Shown here: in pieces, positions 12,708 through 24,668 of the stretch
How the letters are laid out: each line of letters starts with the position of its first letter
Numbering within the stretch: position 1 is the stretch's first letter
DNA from: Octopus sinensis
Lineage: Eukaryota
Assembly: GCF_006345805.1 (NCBI RefSeq)
Contig: NC_043013.1
Location: forward strand, 46,562,001-46,626,000
DNA length: 64,000 nt
Reading direction: 5' to 3'
Program-made: the position numbers and the translations under genes
The notes under the pieces: model-generated
Seen by the model: the letters and a program-made list of their open reading frames with translations, nothing else
Told to the model about the DNA's origin: nothing
Databases searched by the model: none

Positions 12708-13032
12708 CTGGCACTCCGTCGGTTACGACGACGTGCGTTCGAGCTGACCCGGTCAACAGAACACCTTGCTCGTGACATTAACGAGCAAGTGGCTGAGCAC
12801 TCAACAGACACGCGTACTCTTAACGTAGTTCACAGAGAGATTCAGCCCGGCACAGAACGTGACAAGGCCGGCCCTTCGACATACTGGCACTACTCATTTT
12901 TGCCAGGAGAGTGGTCTGGAAGAAGGGTGAAATAAAGGGTCTTATTCAAGGACACAACGCGCTGCTAGGACTCGAACCCACGTTCTTACAATCGCGAGCC
13001 GAATACCCCAACCCCTAAGCTTCGCGCCTTCG
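12708..13032 (-). mobile_element. tRNA-derived SINE, head D plus tail 2
   Basis: Tail GCACTCCGTCGGTTACGACGAC shared with 30528; head GTGTCCTTGAATAAGAC differs from head C. Confidence 0.85.
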
Positions 13033-14611
13033 TTTATACACACCCACTAACACATGCATAAGCACTTCTATACATACGTGTATAGTTGCTAGAGTCCTCA
13101 GCCTTGTACATGAAACGTAAGGAAATCGGAGATCGGAGTGACGTGCTCGCAGAAATATTGGAAACCTCACACGTCAAAGCTTCTTCATCTGCCATTAGCA
13201 ATGTACCAAATGTAGAGGCAGGAGTTCCAACTGAAGGAGCAATTCTAGAGAGGGCGTGTAGATATTCCTTTAAATATTTATCTGGCAATATTTATGGCTC
13301 TCTTTCTTTTTTTGTTTTTTATCTTGTTTCAGTCATTTGACTGCCGCCATGCTGGAGCACCGTCTTTAGTCGAGCAAATCGACACCAGGACTTATACGTA
13401 GCTTTAAGGAGAGAGTGGGGAGGTGACTTTTCTGCTCTCCATCGCAAAGAAATACTCTTTCTCTCTCTCTCTCTATCTCTCTCACACACACACACACATA
13501 TATACATGCATATACATACATACAAAGGTACATATATATATATATGTCTACTATACACCGTTTTAAACTCGTTGTTACTTGTGTGTACGTTTGTATATTT
13601 GTATGTGTGTGTGTGTGTTTGCGTATGTGTGTGTGTGTGTGCGCGCGCGCGTGCGTGCGTGTGTGTGGCAAGTCCTATAACCTGCTGTCAGCACTTTTGT
13701 AGGGTCTTCCCTGTTGCTATCACATATTGTGAGATTTTAAAAATTACGTCAAAATCTTCAAATTTGGTATATTGAAATAATTTTCCAGGTGAAATCCAGT
13801 TTTGTTATTTACTTGTTCCTAACATCCAGCTGAATTATAGGCAAATTGGATTTCAATAAAAATCTATAACGTGCGCCCCAGGGAGTGGGGCTGCAGCACA
13901 TGTTTACAAATCAATTACGGTAAGCTACGACACGCGGCAATGCCAGCTACACTACGCGGACTAGTTGTCAATATATTTGTAAATCTATTTATTCATCTAC
14001 TTTATTTTACTTAGATGCATATTCGTTTGTTAAAATAATATAGGGACATTCGTTATTCACCCACTAATCGTGTTAATAGTTTGTAATACCTATTTCTTTA
14101 GCAATAAACTATCACCATAATAAGATATCTAATGGCTTAATTATTCCTATCTGATTCTAAAATTTATATATTAACATAGGATTGGGGATGGAACGAGAAT
14201 GGAACAAACGGGAACTGAACAGGGAACGGAATAAGACGTGAAACAGTATAATGGGAACGGGTACTGGAAATAATCCCTGGTTTTCCGGGTATTTCCGGGT
14301 AATCCAGCTATTGAGAACGATTATTTATGTAATCTTTTGTGCCCAATATTTTAAGGAACTTGTTGAACTTTTTTATGTCCTTAACATGTCCCTGTTACCA
14401 AAGACTGTATATATGTAATGTAGCAATTTGCAACAACCAATAATTAACGCAACCAAACCTCCACATGTTACTTTTGACAATCTTTTTCCAAAGAGTGAAA
14501 CCGGTAAAGTAAATAAATATCTTTTAAATTGCATTTTCAAACCTTCTTTCCTATATAATTCCACTCGTGCGGTACCCCACAACTCCACTTTGTTATATAT
14601 ATATATATATA

Positions 14612-14782
14612 GTTAATCCAAACAAGAAAGCACAAAAAAAACACAACAACGCGAGGACGAGGAACAAATATAGTATTATTGGACGCTCAGGAAAGAAGGA
14701 GGGTTTAACGTTTCGAGCGGAGCTCTTCGTCGGAAACATAGGAGAAGGAAAGATCCAGAGAAGGGAAGACAGAGGAAAAATT
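14612..14782 (-). mobile_element. Penelope pLTR-like non-coding element between (TA)n tracts
   Basis: Contains a hammerhead-like fold at 14703-14737; shares TTCCTGAGCGTC..AATAC with 49170-49355. Confidence 0.65.
14703..14737 (-). ncRNA. Minimal hammerhead-like motif, variant core
   Basis: GUUU-CCGACGAA-GAGC(ucc)GCUC-GAAA-CG-UU-AAAC. Confidence 0.65.
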
Positions 14783-14949
14783 GTTTATATATATATAAAC
14801 AATTTATAAGTAAGAGCAAAAGAAAAAATTTCTACTGCCAATTTTTTCTTTTGCCCTTATGAATTGTTTATAAATTTAACCTTTAAAGGTATTTTTTAAT
14901 ATGCTGGCCATTGATTGAATTGTTTTCGAAAAATTTTATCCTACATTAG

Positions 14950-15122
<173 letters not shown>

Positions 15123-15134
15123 CATAGGAAAGGC

Positions 15135-15277
15135 ACCTTTCAGTTTTCAAATCGACTCAGAAGGTCATGGTCGTCCAGAGGCTATAGTAGAAGACACTCG
15201 CAAAAGGTGCCACGCTGTGGGACTGAACCCGGAATCATGTAGTTAAGAAGTTACCATCTTACCACACAACCACGCCT
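15135..15277 (-). mobile_element. SINE family A, head half
   Basis: GGCTATAGTAGAAGACAC..GGGACTGAACCCGGAA. Confidence 0.8.
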
Positions 15278-15435
15278 GACACACACAGAAGCGCGCGCAC
15301 ACGCGCACACAAACATACACAGAGATGCATGCGCGCGTTCTGAAAACAACGTATTTATCTGTTTATTTGCAGATTAATGAGAGTAGAAGAGAGGAAAAGT
15401 AAATTTTGATTGGAGTTGTAAATGCTGTGCGCGAC

Positions 15436-15531
15436 TATATGAGTATGTGTATGTGTGCATGCGTGTGTGTGTGTATACAGAGAGAGAAAGAGAGAGAGAG
15501 AGAGACAGAGAGAGACAGAGATAGACAGAAA

Positions 15532-15562
<31 letters not shown>

Positions 15563-15579
15563 TGATATATATATGTGTG

Positions 15580-15625
<46 letters not shown>

Positions 15626-15678
15626 TATATATATGTATATATATATAATATATATATATGTATGTATATATATTATAT

Positions 15679-15721
<43 letters not shown>

Positions 15722-15734
15722 GCATATGTGTGTG

Positions 15735-15766
<32 letters not shown>

Positions 15767-15795
15767 GTGCATGCACGCGTGCGTGTATGTATATG
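15436..15795. repeat. (TG)/(AG)/(TA) compound microsatellite
   Basis: Directly visible. Confidence 0.95.
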
Positions 15796-16746
15796 TTGAT
15801 ATTCTGGTACTTGCTTATTATCTGTGTTGGACATCTATACTTAAACACAGGGGTTTTACAGTCTCCATCAGAGAAACATTCACAGATTACCGTTAATTTG
15901 CATCTGCCACCATACTGATTACTACGTAAGTAGAGAAACGTGGCGGGGAGGAAGCTGAAGCAATTAAAACATATCTTAATACGTTGATAGGTTTTTAGTA
16001 TTGAAAACTAAAGTTTCCCTTTTGCACTCTTAAATGATTCGCAGAGAAAACGAAGCGCTTCTCACTCACACTATTTCAAAACTAGAATTAGGCAGATACA
16101 TCAAAAGTCCAAATTCTGTATTGTTTTAATGAATAAGAATCGTGTTGTGATTAATTACAATCCTGTAACAGCGGTAGTAGTTTGATGGTCAGTAATTAGA
16201 GAGAGAAGGCAGCTAGTTCCCTCGCAGTCATTTTCTCTAACGGTTTACGATGAAGCAAAGGGGGTGGTCAGAAACGATGGTTGTTATATCCATAAGCCAC
16301 TATTAGTTGCATTTTGAGACACACTTCATGGTAAATTCGCTCATCTCGACCAAAAATCTTTTATGTGAAAGTAAATAATTGATAATTAAAAGCCAATTTT
16401 AATTTCTTTAGAAAAAGGAAGATTTTATAGTTATGAGATGTTTGATTTTATGATAGGAAAACTGCAGCGATTAACAAATCAGTAAATAAACAAATAAACA
16501 GAGGAAGAAAACCAAATTGTTTTGGTGGTGATGGGGAGGGCGGAAGCTTTTCAGGATCGGTGTTTAATAGGTGTATGGACGTAAGCATGGATGGTGCAGA
16601 GGTTGAGATGCTCGCTTCACAAGCACGAAATCCTGGGTTCTATCCAGCAGCCTGGCATCTTGGGCGAATATATTTTATCACAGTCTCAACTCAACCTAAA
16701 TCGATTACAACAGGGTTACCCGCATATATAGAGTATTCTGCTTCTT

Positions 16747-17160
16747 GAGGAGTGGCTGTGTGGTAAGTAGCTTGTTTACCAACCACATGGTTGCGGGTTC
16801 AGTCCCACTGCGTGGCACCTTGGGCAAGTGTTTTCTGCTATAGCCTCGGGCCAACCAATGCCTTGTGAGTGGATTTGGTAGACGGAAACTGAAAGAAGCC
16901 CGTCGTATATATGTGTGTATGTATATATATATGCGTGTGTGTGTTTGTGTGTCTGTGTTTGTCCCCCTAGCATTGCTTGACAACCGATGGTGGTGTGTTT
17001 ACGTCCCCGTCACTTAGCGGTTCGGCAAAAGAGACCGATAGAATAAGTACTGGGCTTACAAAAGAATAAGTCCCGGGGTCGGGCTGCTCGATTAAAGGCG
17101 GTGCTCCAGCATGGCCGCAGTCAAATGACTGAAACAAGTAAAAGAGTAAAAGAGGTAAAG
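16747..17160 (+). mobile_element. SINE family A, full length
   Basis: Highly similar to 6047-6440; A and B boxes present. Confidence 0.93.
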
Positions 17161-17749
17161 AGATCAATAATTTCACTGACTGACTGACTGCAAAACTGGA
17201 ATAGAAATCGTCGAAAGTGACGGAGGATCTATTTTTGCACCAGGCTTTTAAAGAAAACAACAACAGCGGCAGCCGCAGCCGCAGCATCAGTATCAGCATC
17301 AGCATCAGCAGCAGTAGCTGCAGCTATCAATTAATGAGTTAAACATCATTAATTCTAAATATTTTAGTCGACACCAATAGTTGCTTACTGACATAAAGAG
17401 GATGTGCTGCAGTTTGGCAGGTTTATGAAGTAAAAACAGTGAAACCCTATCATTGGAAATCTGTTTGATAACGTCTAAAGATGGCGTTGGCATATAATTG
17501 CTTGATTATTAAGATCGACTTCAAAAACCTCACTTCGCAGTCTACGTGTTTGCGGGGTGTTTGTGCACGTTTGTGTTGTGTTATGTGTGTGTGTGTGTGT
17601 GTGTGTGTGCATGTGTGTGTGTGTGTGTATGGGTATGTTATGTATGTGTGTGTATGTGTGGGTGTGTGAGTTTGTACGTGCGTAGGAAATATGCGTAATG
17701 ACTAGGCATGATCATCATTCATTTCTGCCCCCCTTTCTCTGCCTATTGA

Positions 17750-18835
17750 TAATACATACATACAAACATACATGCATGCATACATACATACATACATACA
17801 TACATACATACATACATACATACATGCATACATACATACATACATACATGCATACATGCATACATACAAACATACATGCATGCATACATACATACACACA
17901 TACATGCATGCATACATACATACATACATACATACATGCATACATACATACATACATGCATACATGCATACATACAAACATACATGCATGCATACATACA
18001 TACATACATGCATACATACATACATACATACAAACATACAAACATACATACATACATAATACATACATACATAATACATACATACATACATGCATACATG
18101 CATACATACCAAACATACATGCAGCATACATACATACATCATACATGCATACATACATACACACATACACACATACATGCATACATGCATACATACATAC
18201 ATACATACATGCATACATACATACACACATACATGCATGCACACATACACACATACACACATACATGCATACATGCATACATACATACATACATACATAC
18301 ATGCATACATACATACATGCATACATACATACATGCATACATACATACATGCATACATACATACATGCATACATACATACATGCATACATACATACATAC
18401 ATACAAACATACATGCATGCATACATACATACACACATACATGCATGCATACATACATACATACATACATACATACATACATACATACATGCATGCATGC
18501 ATACATACATACATACATACATACATACATACATACATACATACATACATACCTACATACATACATACATACATGCATGCACACACACATACATACATAC
18601 ACACATACATACATACATGCATGCATGCATACACACACATACATACATGCATACATACATACATACATACATACAAACATGAACACATACATAAATACGT
18701 ACATACACATAGGCATACATTTATAACTACGTATATGCATCGCTGTCAAATACACACACACATAGACATATATACACATATAAACTCCCACACACACACA
18801 CGCGCGTGCGCACAAACACACACACGCTCACACAC
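17750..18835. repeat. About 1.1-kb (CATA/CATG)n microsatellite with higher-order structure
   Basis: Directly visible; the CAAACATACATGCATG variant recurs. Confidence 0.97.
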
Positions 18836-19070
18836 ATATTCTTACATGTTTCAACCATTGTTGTGTGTGGCAATGTTGAGGTTTCACGTTTGTGGCTATA
18901 GGTGATGTACACACATGCGTGTGTATGTATGTGTGTTTGTGTATGTGCTTTTGTTTGCGTGTGCATGAGTTTGCATGTACATGCGTGCACATGCTGCATA
19001 TGTATGTAATTTACATTTCGTTTTTGGATTTGGTTTGCAAGATTCTTTATATGAGTTCGTGTGTTGAAGC

Positions 19071-19326
19071 ATATTCTGTTGTATCTGGGGAGAGTCATTC
19101 TCTTTTAGTGCCTTATTATTTAACACACTCACCGGTAAAATTTCCACTTATTTCTCACTTTTATTTTCTAAAATAAAATAAAAGAGTCAAGACTATTGAA
19201 AAGGTTGCAACACGCAACGAAAATTTCAGAAAATAAAAATAAGAAATAAGTGGAAATTTTACCGGTGAGTGTGTTAAATAATAAAGCACTAAAAGAGAAG
19301 GACTCTCCCCAGACACAACAGAATAT
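19071..19326. repeat. Long inverted repeat, about 99-bp arms and about 58-nt spacer, with a hammerhead-like fold in the spacer
   Basis: 19071-19169 is the reverse complement of 19228-19326 with few mismatches; spacer reads CUA-UUGAAAAG-GUUGC(aacac)GCAAC-GAAA-AU-UU-CAG. Confidence 0.9.
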
Positions 19327-19547
19327 ATAATTTACCCTTTCCTACAATGGCTCAGCATTTCACAAGCAAGTGAATTCGCTTCAACCTATCATGTAACTAG
19401 AATGAAAAACGCGGACGCAGAATCCTAGAATATTCTTAAGTATTGAACCTGGGAAAGTACAGAACAAGCAGTAATTAAACCTGGACAAAAAGAAAAAACT
19501 TGAAATGTTGCTGCTGAAGTTAGAATCAAGAAACTAAAGTAGTAATA

Positions 19548-19852
19548 CTGTTTGTTCCTTCTCGAGCCACACCTGGCTCATAAGGGCCGGTTTCCCGGTT
19601 TCCTTGGCGTATAGGTTCCCCACCTGGACGGGACGTCGGTCCGTCGCAGGTGAGCTGCAAGATGCAGGTGGAAAGAGTGAGAGAAAGTTGTGGCGAAAGA
19701 GTCAGCAGAAGTTCGCCATTACCTTCTGCCGGAGCCGCGTGGAGCTTAAGTGCTTCGCTCATAAAACACACACATCGCCCGGTCTGAGATTCGAACCCGC
19801 AATTCCTCGACCGCGAGTCTGCTGCTCTAACCACCAGGCCATGTGCCTTCAC
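19548..19852 (-). mobile_element. tRNA-derived SINE, head C plus V-like tail
   Basis: Near-identical to 32500-32804; TSD AAAGTAGTAATA / AAAGTACTAATA at 19536-19547 and 19853-19864. Confidence 0.93.
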
Positions 19853-21104
19853 AAAGTACTAATATATGCCCTTTTATATTTTCATTTGTACTTAAAAGTT
19901 TAAATTAAAATACTCAAGAAGCTATTTATTTTCAATTTTAGTGAAAAGTCTAATTGCCTACTAGTTTACGCATTAAAACTTTGATATTGCATATTTATAT
20001 ATTTAAAAAGTCACATGATAACAATTTAAGTAAAATTGACAATTACAATCCCTAAGTATTAAAAAAAACTAATCATTTCTAAATTTTGTTCGTAATTTGT
20101 TTATTTGTTTTCCTTTCTTTTTAAATACTTTTCTAAGTGTAAATAGAAAATATTTGTTATCACATAATGCAAACTTTGAAGAAATCAATTCTTCGTTTCT
20201 TAATTTTTTTTCTATATTTTACTGTTTTGAATTATATATATTCTGTATGAATTTAATTTTATAACGCAGTATCTGTGATTTAAAATTTTGGTATGAGTTT
20301 TGTTAAGAAAATAATTAAAATTTGATTTAATAATAAAAATAAGTCAGAAATGTTTTAGCTTTATACAAAGAAATTTTTAAATAAAAAATATTAATTTAGC
20401 AATAATAAATCTCTGAACGAGATGATCTCCAACGGCACAGAAAGTGTGCCTAAAGCCAGCTGGAGACGATGATCTCCTGGGGCTAAAAAGCTACAGTAAC
20501 ACCCACCTTTAGTGGTTAGCCATATTGAGATGGCTAGTATACTTTACGTAATATTAACTTAAACTTTTTTTTTTAAAAATTGCAATCAAAAGCCAAAAAA
20601 TATTCGGAGCAAAACTGTGCCCGCGCTATTTCATGAACAACTTCATAAATTTATTTCGCAAACTTTAACTTCAGCAGCAATATTTTCCAGGCTTAATTAC
20701 TGCTTATTCTGTACTTTGCCAGAATTTTCCAGGATTCTGTGCCTGCATTTTTCATTCTAGACGACTTTATGCAATGCTTCTATTATTATAATTATTATAT
20801 TTACAATTGACAAAATGATACTATTGAAAATATTGTTTAAGTACAGCTTTTATTCAAACTTAGAAATTTGCTTGCACATAAAAGCTACTAAGGATTAATA
20901 GCAGCATGTCTGTGACAAATAAATATATTTTTAAACAATTTATATTATGAAATAATATTATATACAAGTTAAAAAATAGTAAATAATAGTCCTTTTCATG
21001 AGTGAATTTTTTTTATTTTAAAATATTTTTAATAAGTACATGATTTTTATACATAAGCGAAATAAAAAAAATTAATTTGAAATCGCAAAAAATTATATTT
21101 TTAT

Positions 21105-22210
21105 GCTTGATTGTTTTAGACAGGGCCATTAAAAACAAGGTTAAAAGTAAGCAAACCTACTGCTTTTCAGCATTTAGAGGATAATATAGCCATTCGAAAG
21201 CTTATGTCTGTTAAGAAAGGAGCCAAACGATACTACTATGTTTTAAAAAATGTTGATGCTTGTTTAATACCCAAACACAAATAGGAAGAGTGTATGCTTG
21301 CTGAACTGGAATGGGGTAAAATATCTTTACTACCTATAAAGACAACAAGAGATACTAAACTACGATGGTTCCAGTTCAGAGTTATACACAATATTCTAGC
21401 AACTAATTCTCTACTATTCAAGATTAAATTGACCGAAAGCAACCTGCGCACTTTTTGTCAACGTGAGGTGGAGACGGTATCACACCTTTTCTGGTATTGT
21501 GAATGTGTACAGGTCTTCTGGCAACGCTTCTTAGATTTGCTGTATGAAAAGTGCATACATGTTCGCAACATGAAACTTGACCCACAGTTCATTCAGTTCG
21601 GGTTGAGAAAAAAACACATATACTGATGGCATCTTTGACTTACCATTATTATTAGCAAAATTTTTTATATACAAAAGCAAAGTGTCAAAAACCACTCTCA
21701 CCTTCAAGCATTTTAGATACTTTGAGCACGACAGATATCTAACTGAAAAAAAGAAACAGCTCATAGAATGAAAGCAAGCAAGAGGAATTTTATAAAAGGT
21801 GGAGGCTCTACCATGAGTCCGGTAGTCCTCTAGTGTTATTTCTTGTAGAACTACATCAAGATTTTATGAGTGAATGATTCACGGGTGAATGTGTCGTAGT
21901 GTGTAGTCTATTTTATTAGATTTATTTATTTTTTATTCTTTTCTGTCTCTTTTCTTTGTTTTTTATTTATTATTATTATTATTTTATTATTATTATTATT
22001 ATTATTATTATGTGAATGTATAGTAGTGCGTAGTCTATTTTATTTTATTATATATATATAGTTCTTTTCCCTCTCTTTTCTTACTTTGTTATTTATTTAT
22101 TATTGTTGTTATTATTATTTGCTTTCTCTTTTTATTCTTTTCAAAATAAAAGGTCCTGTTCTCCATTTGATTTATACAAGACTTCATGGTTGACTGGTTG
22201 TACTGTCTTA
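21105..22210 (+). pseudogene. 5'-truncated L1-Tx1-type LINE (ORF2 C-terminus with zf-RVT, plus 3' UTR)
   Basis: TKLRWFQFRVIHNILATN..RTFCQREVETVSHLFWYCECVQVFW; homologous to 50330-51300. Confidence 0.88.
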
Positions 22211-23132
22211 CATTATAACAGGGAAAACTGGAAATAAATATTCGTCACTGAAAGGCAACCAATAGTTTTCGTATCAAATATATTTTGACAAGGTTTTCAC
22301 CATACCCTTTAATACCTTGAAAAAACCGAAAAATTATGGTTAGCACATCACCACAGAGGATCGAACCCTTACCTCTTAAACTCCAGCTAATCGTGATATA
22401 CTATTAAGCTAAGCGATAAATGACATCAGATGTCGTCTTTTATAACGTCAAATATCTTAACATGACAAAAATGTGTTAATTTGTTAAAACGAACATTTTT
22501 CTGTCACTTAAAGCCGCACCATACTTTTTGTAGCTAGTATTTTTTGACGAGGTTTTAACCATAAGATTCATCTCATAGAATTGTTTCATTTGAACACAAC
22601 CATTGTATAGTTTTCTTCAATATTAGCTGAGATATTTTGAAATAAAGTCGATTTTTGGCGTTACTTTTTTACGTCACATGAAGCCACACAACTTTTTCCT
22701 AGCTAATACTTTTTAAAGCGGTTTTTACCAAAAGATTCTTCCCAGTGAGCAAATTCTTTTAAATTCAATTAATCTATCTTTTTCTTTTAGAAAAATAGAT
22801 ATTTTGATGCAAACTCAATTTTTCGCCTTACTTTCACATTTTTGACCTCACATATTTTGTCGTAACTTTTTTTTAATGAATCAGTTTTCAATTATCTGAT
22901 TTCAAAGTGCAGCTGAAGATTATACCAGCATTGCTTAAAAGAAAACTGCATTCAATTTGGTTGAGAACTAAATAAGTGATGAAACCTAGAAGTGTTCATG
23001 AATAACTAAAAGTTGACCTTAAGAATATATTCCGTGGGTAAATGATAAACAGCGAACTAAACTGGACTAAAAAGTCTGCCTTCGAAAATCAATGTCAGGA
23101 AAATGAAATTATTTAAGCCAACAAAATATATT

Positions 23133-23247
23133 GGATCTTTTCGGTTTGAACGGCAGTTTTTTCTAGCGGTGTCATATGAAATTGTCACCCATAATTATGA
23201 CCCTAGTATCGACCTATTGCATTTCAATCTGTTTTAGGGTTAGGGTG
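23133..23247. mobile_element. Partial copy (one end) of the TTAGGG-bearing MITE
   Basis: TIR GGATCTTTTCGGTTTGAACGGCAGTTTT, truncated at the TTAGGG tract. Confidence 0.9.
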
Positions 23248-23569
23248 GAAATCCTAGAAAATTACGTACATTTTATCTGTCAATGATGGATTTTGTGATT
23301 TTTTTTGACAGTGTCTTAAACACAACTGAAAAGGACAGAGCCAAACACTCGTACTCTTGCCCCCAATAACCAAAGGAAACCCTGAAGGAAACGTGATATA
23401 AATAAGGGTGGAAGTAGAATATATGTTAAAACTGACAACCCTGACTCTTTCACGTTAAACATTAGCAATGTCTAATATAGCAAACTGGCTGAACTTGAGA
23501 TTATAACGCTTTCTATTAAGGTAAGATCTACTTCATACAGATTGTATGTAACTGAAACTAAACATATAT

Positions 23570-24018
23570 GGATCTTTTCGGTTTGAACGGCAGTTTTTTA
23601 AAATAATTTCCACGTAACTAAACATTTTAAAACTTAATATACTGGTAGAATGTATTTATAAAACATCTTTTTTTCTTGGCTTTATTGAGAAAATTCTATA
23701 GTTTGTAAGAGATTTGTTGTTTATTTTCTTCAATTTCTGCAATTCCAACCAATCACTGACGTCCATTGAGGTAAAAACATTATGTGCCGTATGAATATGT
23801 CCCTCGTTTAAGAAACAGATTGGGTTTATTTATATTTGTGAAGAAAAAAAGATACCCTTCCCCCCATCCCTAACCCTAATCCTAACCTAACTAACCATAA
23901 CTAACCCTAATCCTAAAAGAGATTGAAATGCAATAGATCGATTCTAGGGTCATAATTATGTGTGACAATTTCATATGATACCGCTAGAAAAAAACTGCTG
24001 TTCAAACCGAAAAGATCC
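23570..24018. mobile_element. MITE with about 29-bp TIRs and internal (CCCTAA)n
   Basis: GGATCTTTTCGGTTTGAACGGCAGTTTTT ... AAAAACTGCTGTTCAAACCGAAAAGATCC; no matching TSD at this copy. Confidence 0.92.
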
Positions 24019-24668
24019 GATGATTGTCACTCAATTTTCCAAGTTTGCGATGTTCGCTAATAAAACTAGTCAATTTTTTTTTGTATTTACTTCATTGAAA
24101 CAGTATCTTCGTCAGAATTGTCCAACTTTTAATGGAGCATTTTTATATTTGCTACAAACCAGGTTAATTTACTGCACTGTTTTATTTTTTCTGCCATCAT
24201 TTTATTTATGTTTTTTTGATTTTTTTAACATCGGCCTTTAATACATTTTTCCCGTTTCGATTGTACGTCCGATTAACACCTTTAGTCAATTCACAACTTT
24301 ACTCTTCCTAGCGATGTTACAGGGAACTTTGACCTTCTTCTCATGGACCACACACGCACACACACTTATATGAATCATTAATATATATCTTTATATATAA
24401 CTAGATTATCCAATGTTTTTGTACATCTCTGGTTCATTTGTAGGCACACCAACATTATAGTAATTTTCGCGTTATCCAAAAACAGATAACGGCGTCGTGC
24501 ATAATTAAGACAAAATCCCAGTTTCGAGTCCTACATATGTAGTCTGAATATAACTGGATTACCGATGTATTCAGGCGACAGGGGTTACAAAAATTCCCTC
24601 ACTCCCGAAGGAGACGCCAATCTGTGCAGTAGGGTCAGCCCTTAGCTGTCGTTGGTGATCGTTTTTAG

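Noticed and set aside
13034-13340. Overlapping 84-aa ORFs on both strands in non-repetitive sequence
   Set aside because: No recognisable motif or splice signals; may be an old transposon fragment.
17698-18905. ORFs of 270-370 aa (HTYI/MYVC repeats), and similar ORFs at 2.0-3.1, 45.0 and 53.9 kb
   Set aside because: Stop-free frames of (CATA)n microsatellites.
24085-24125. Minus-strand CTGACGAAG box
   Set aside because: Lacks GAAA and stem III; probably chance or too decayed.
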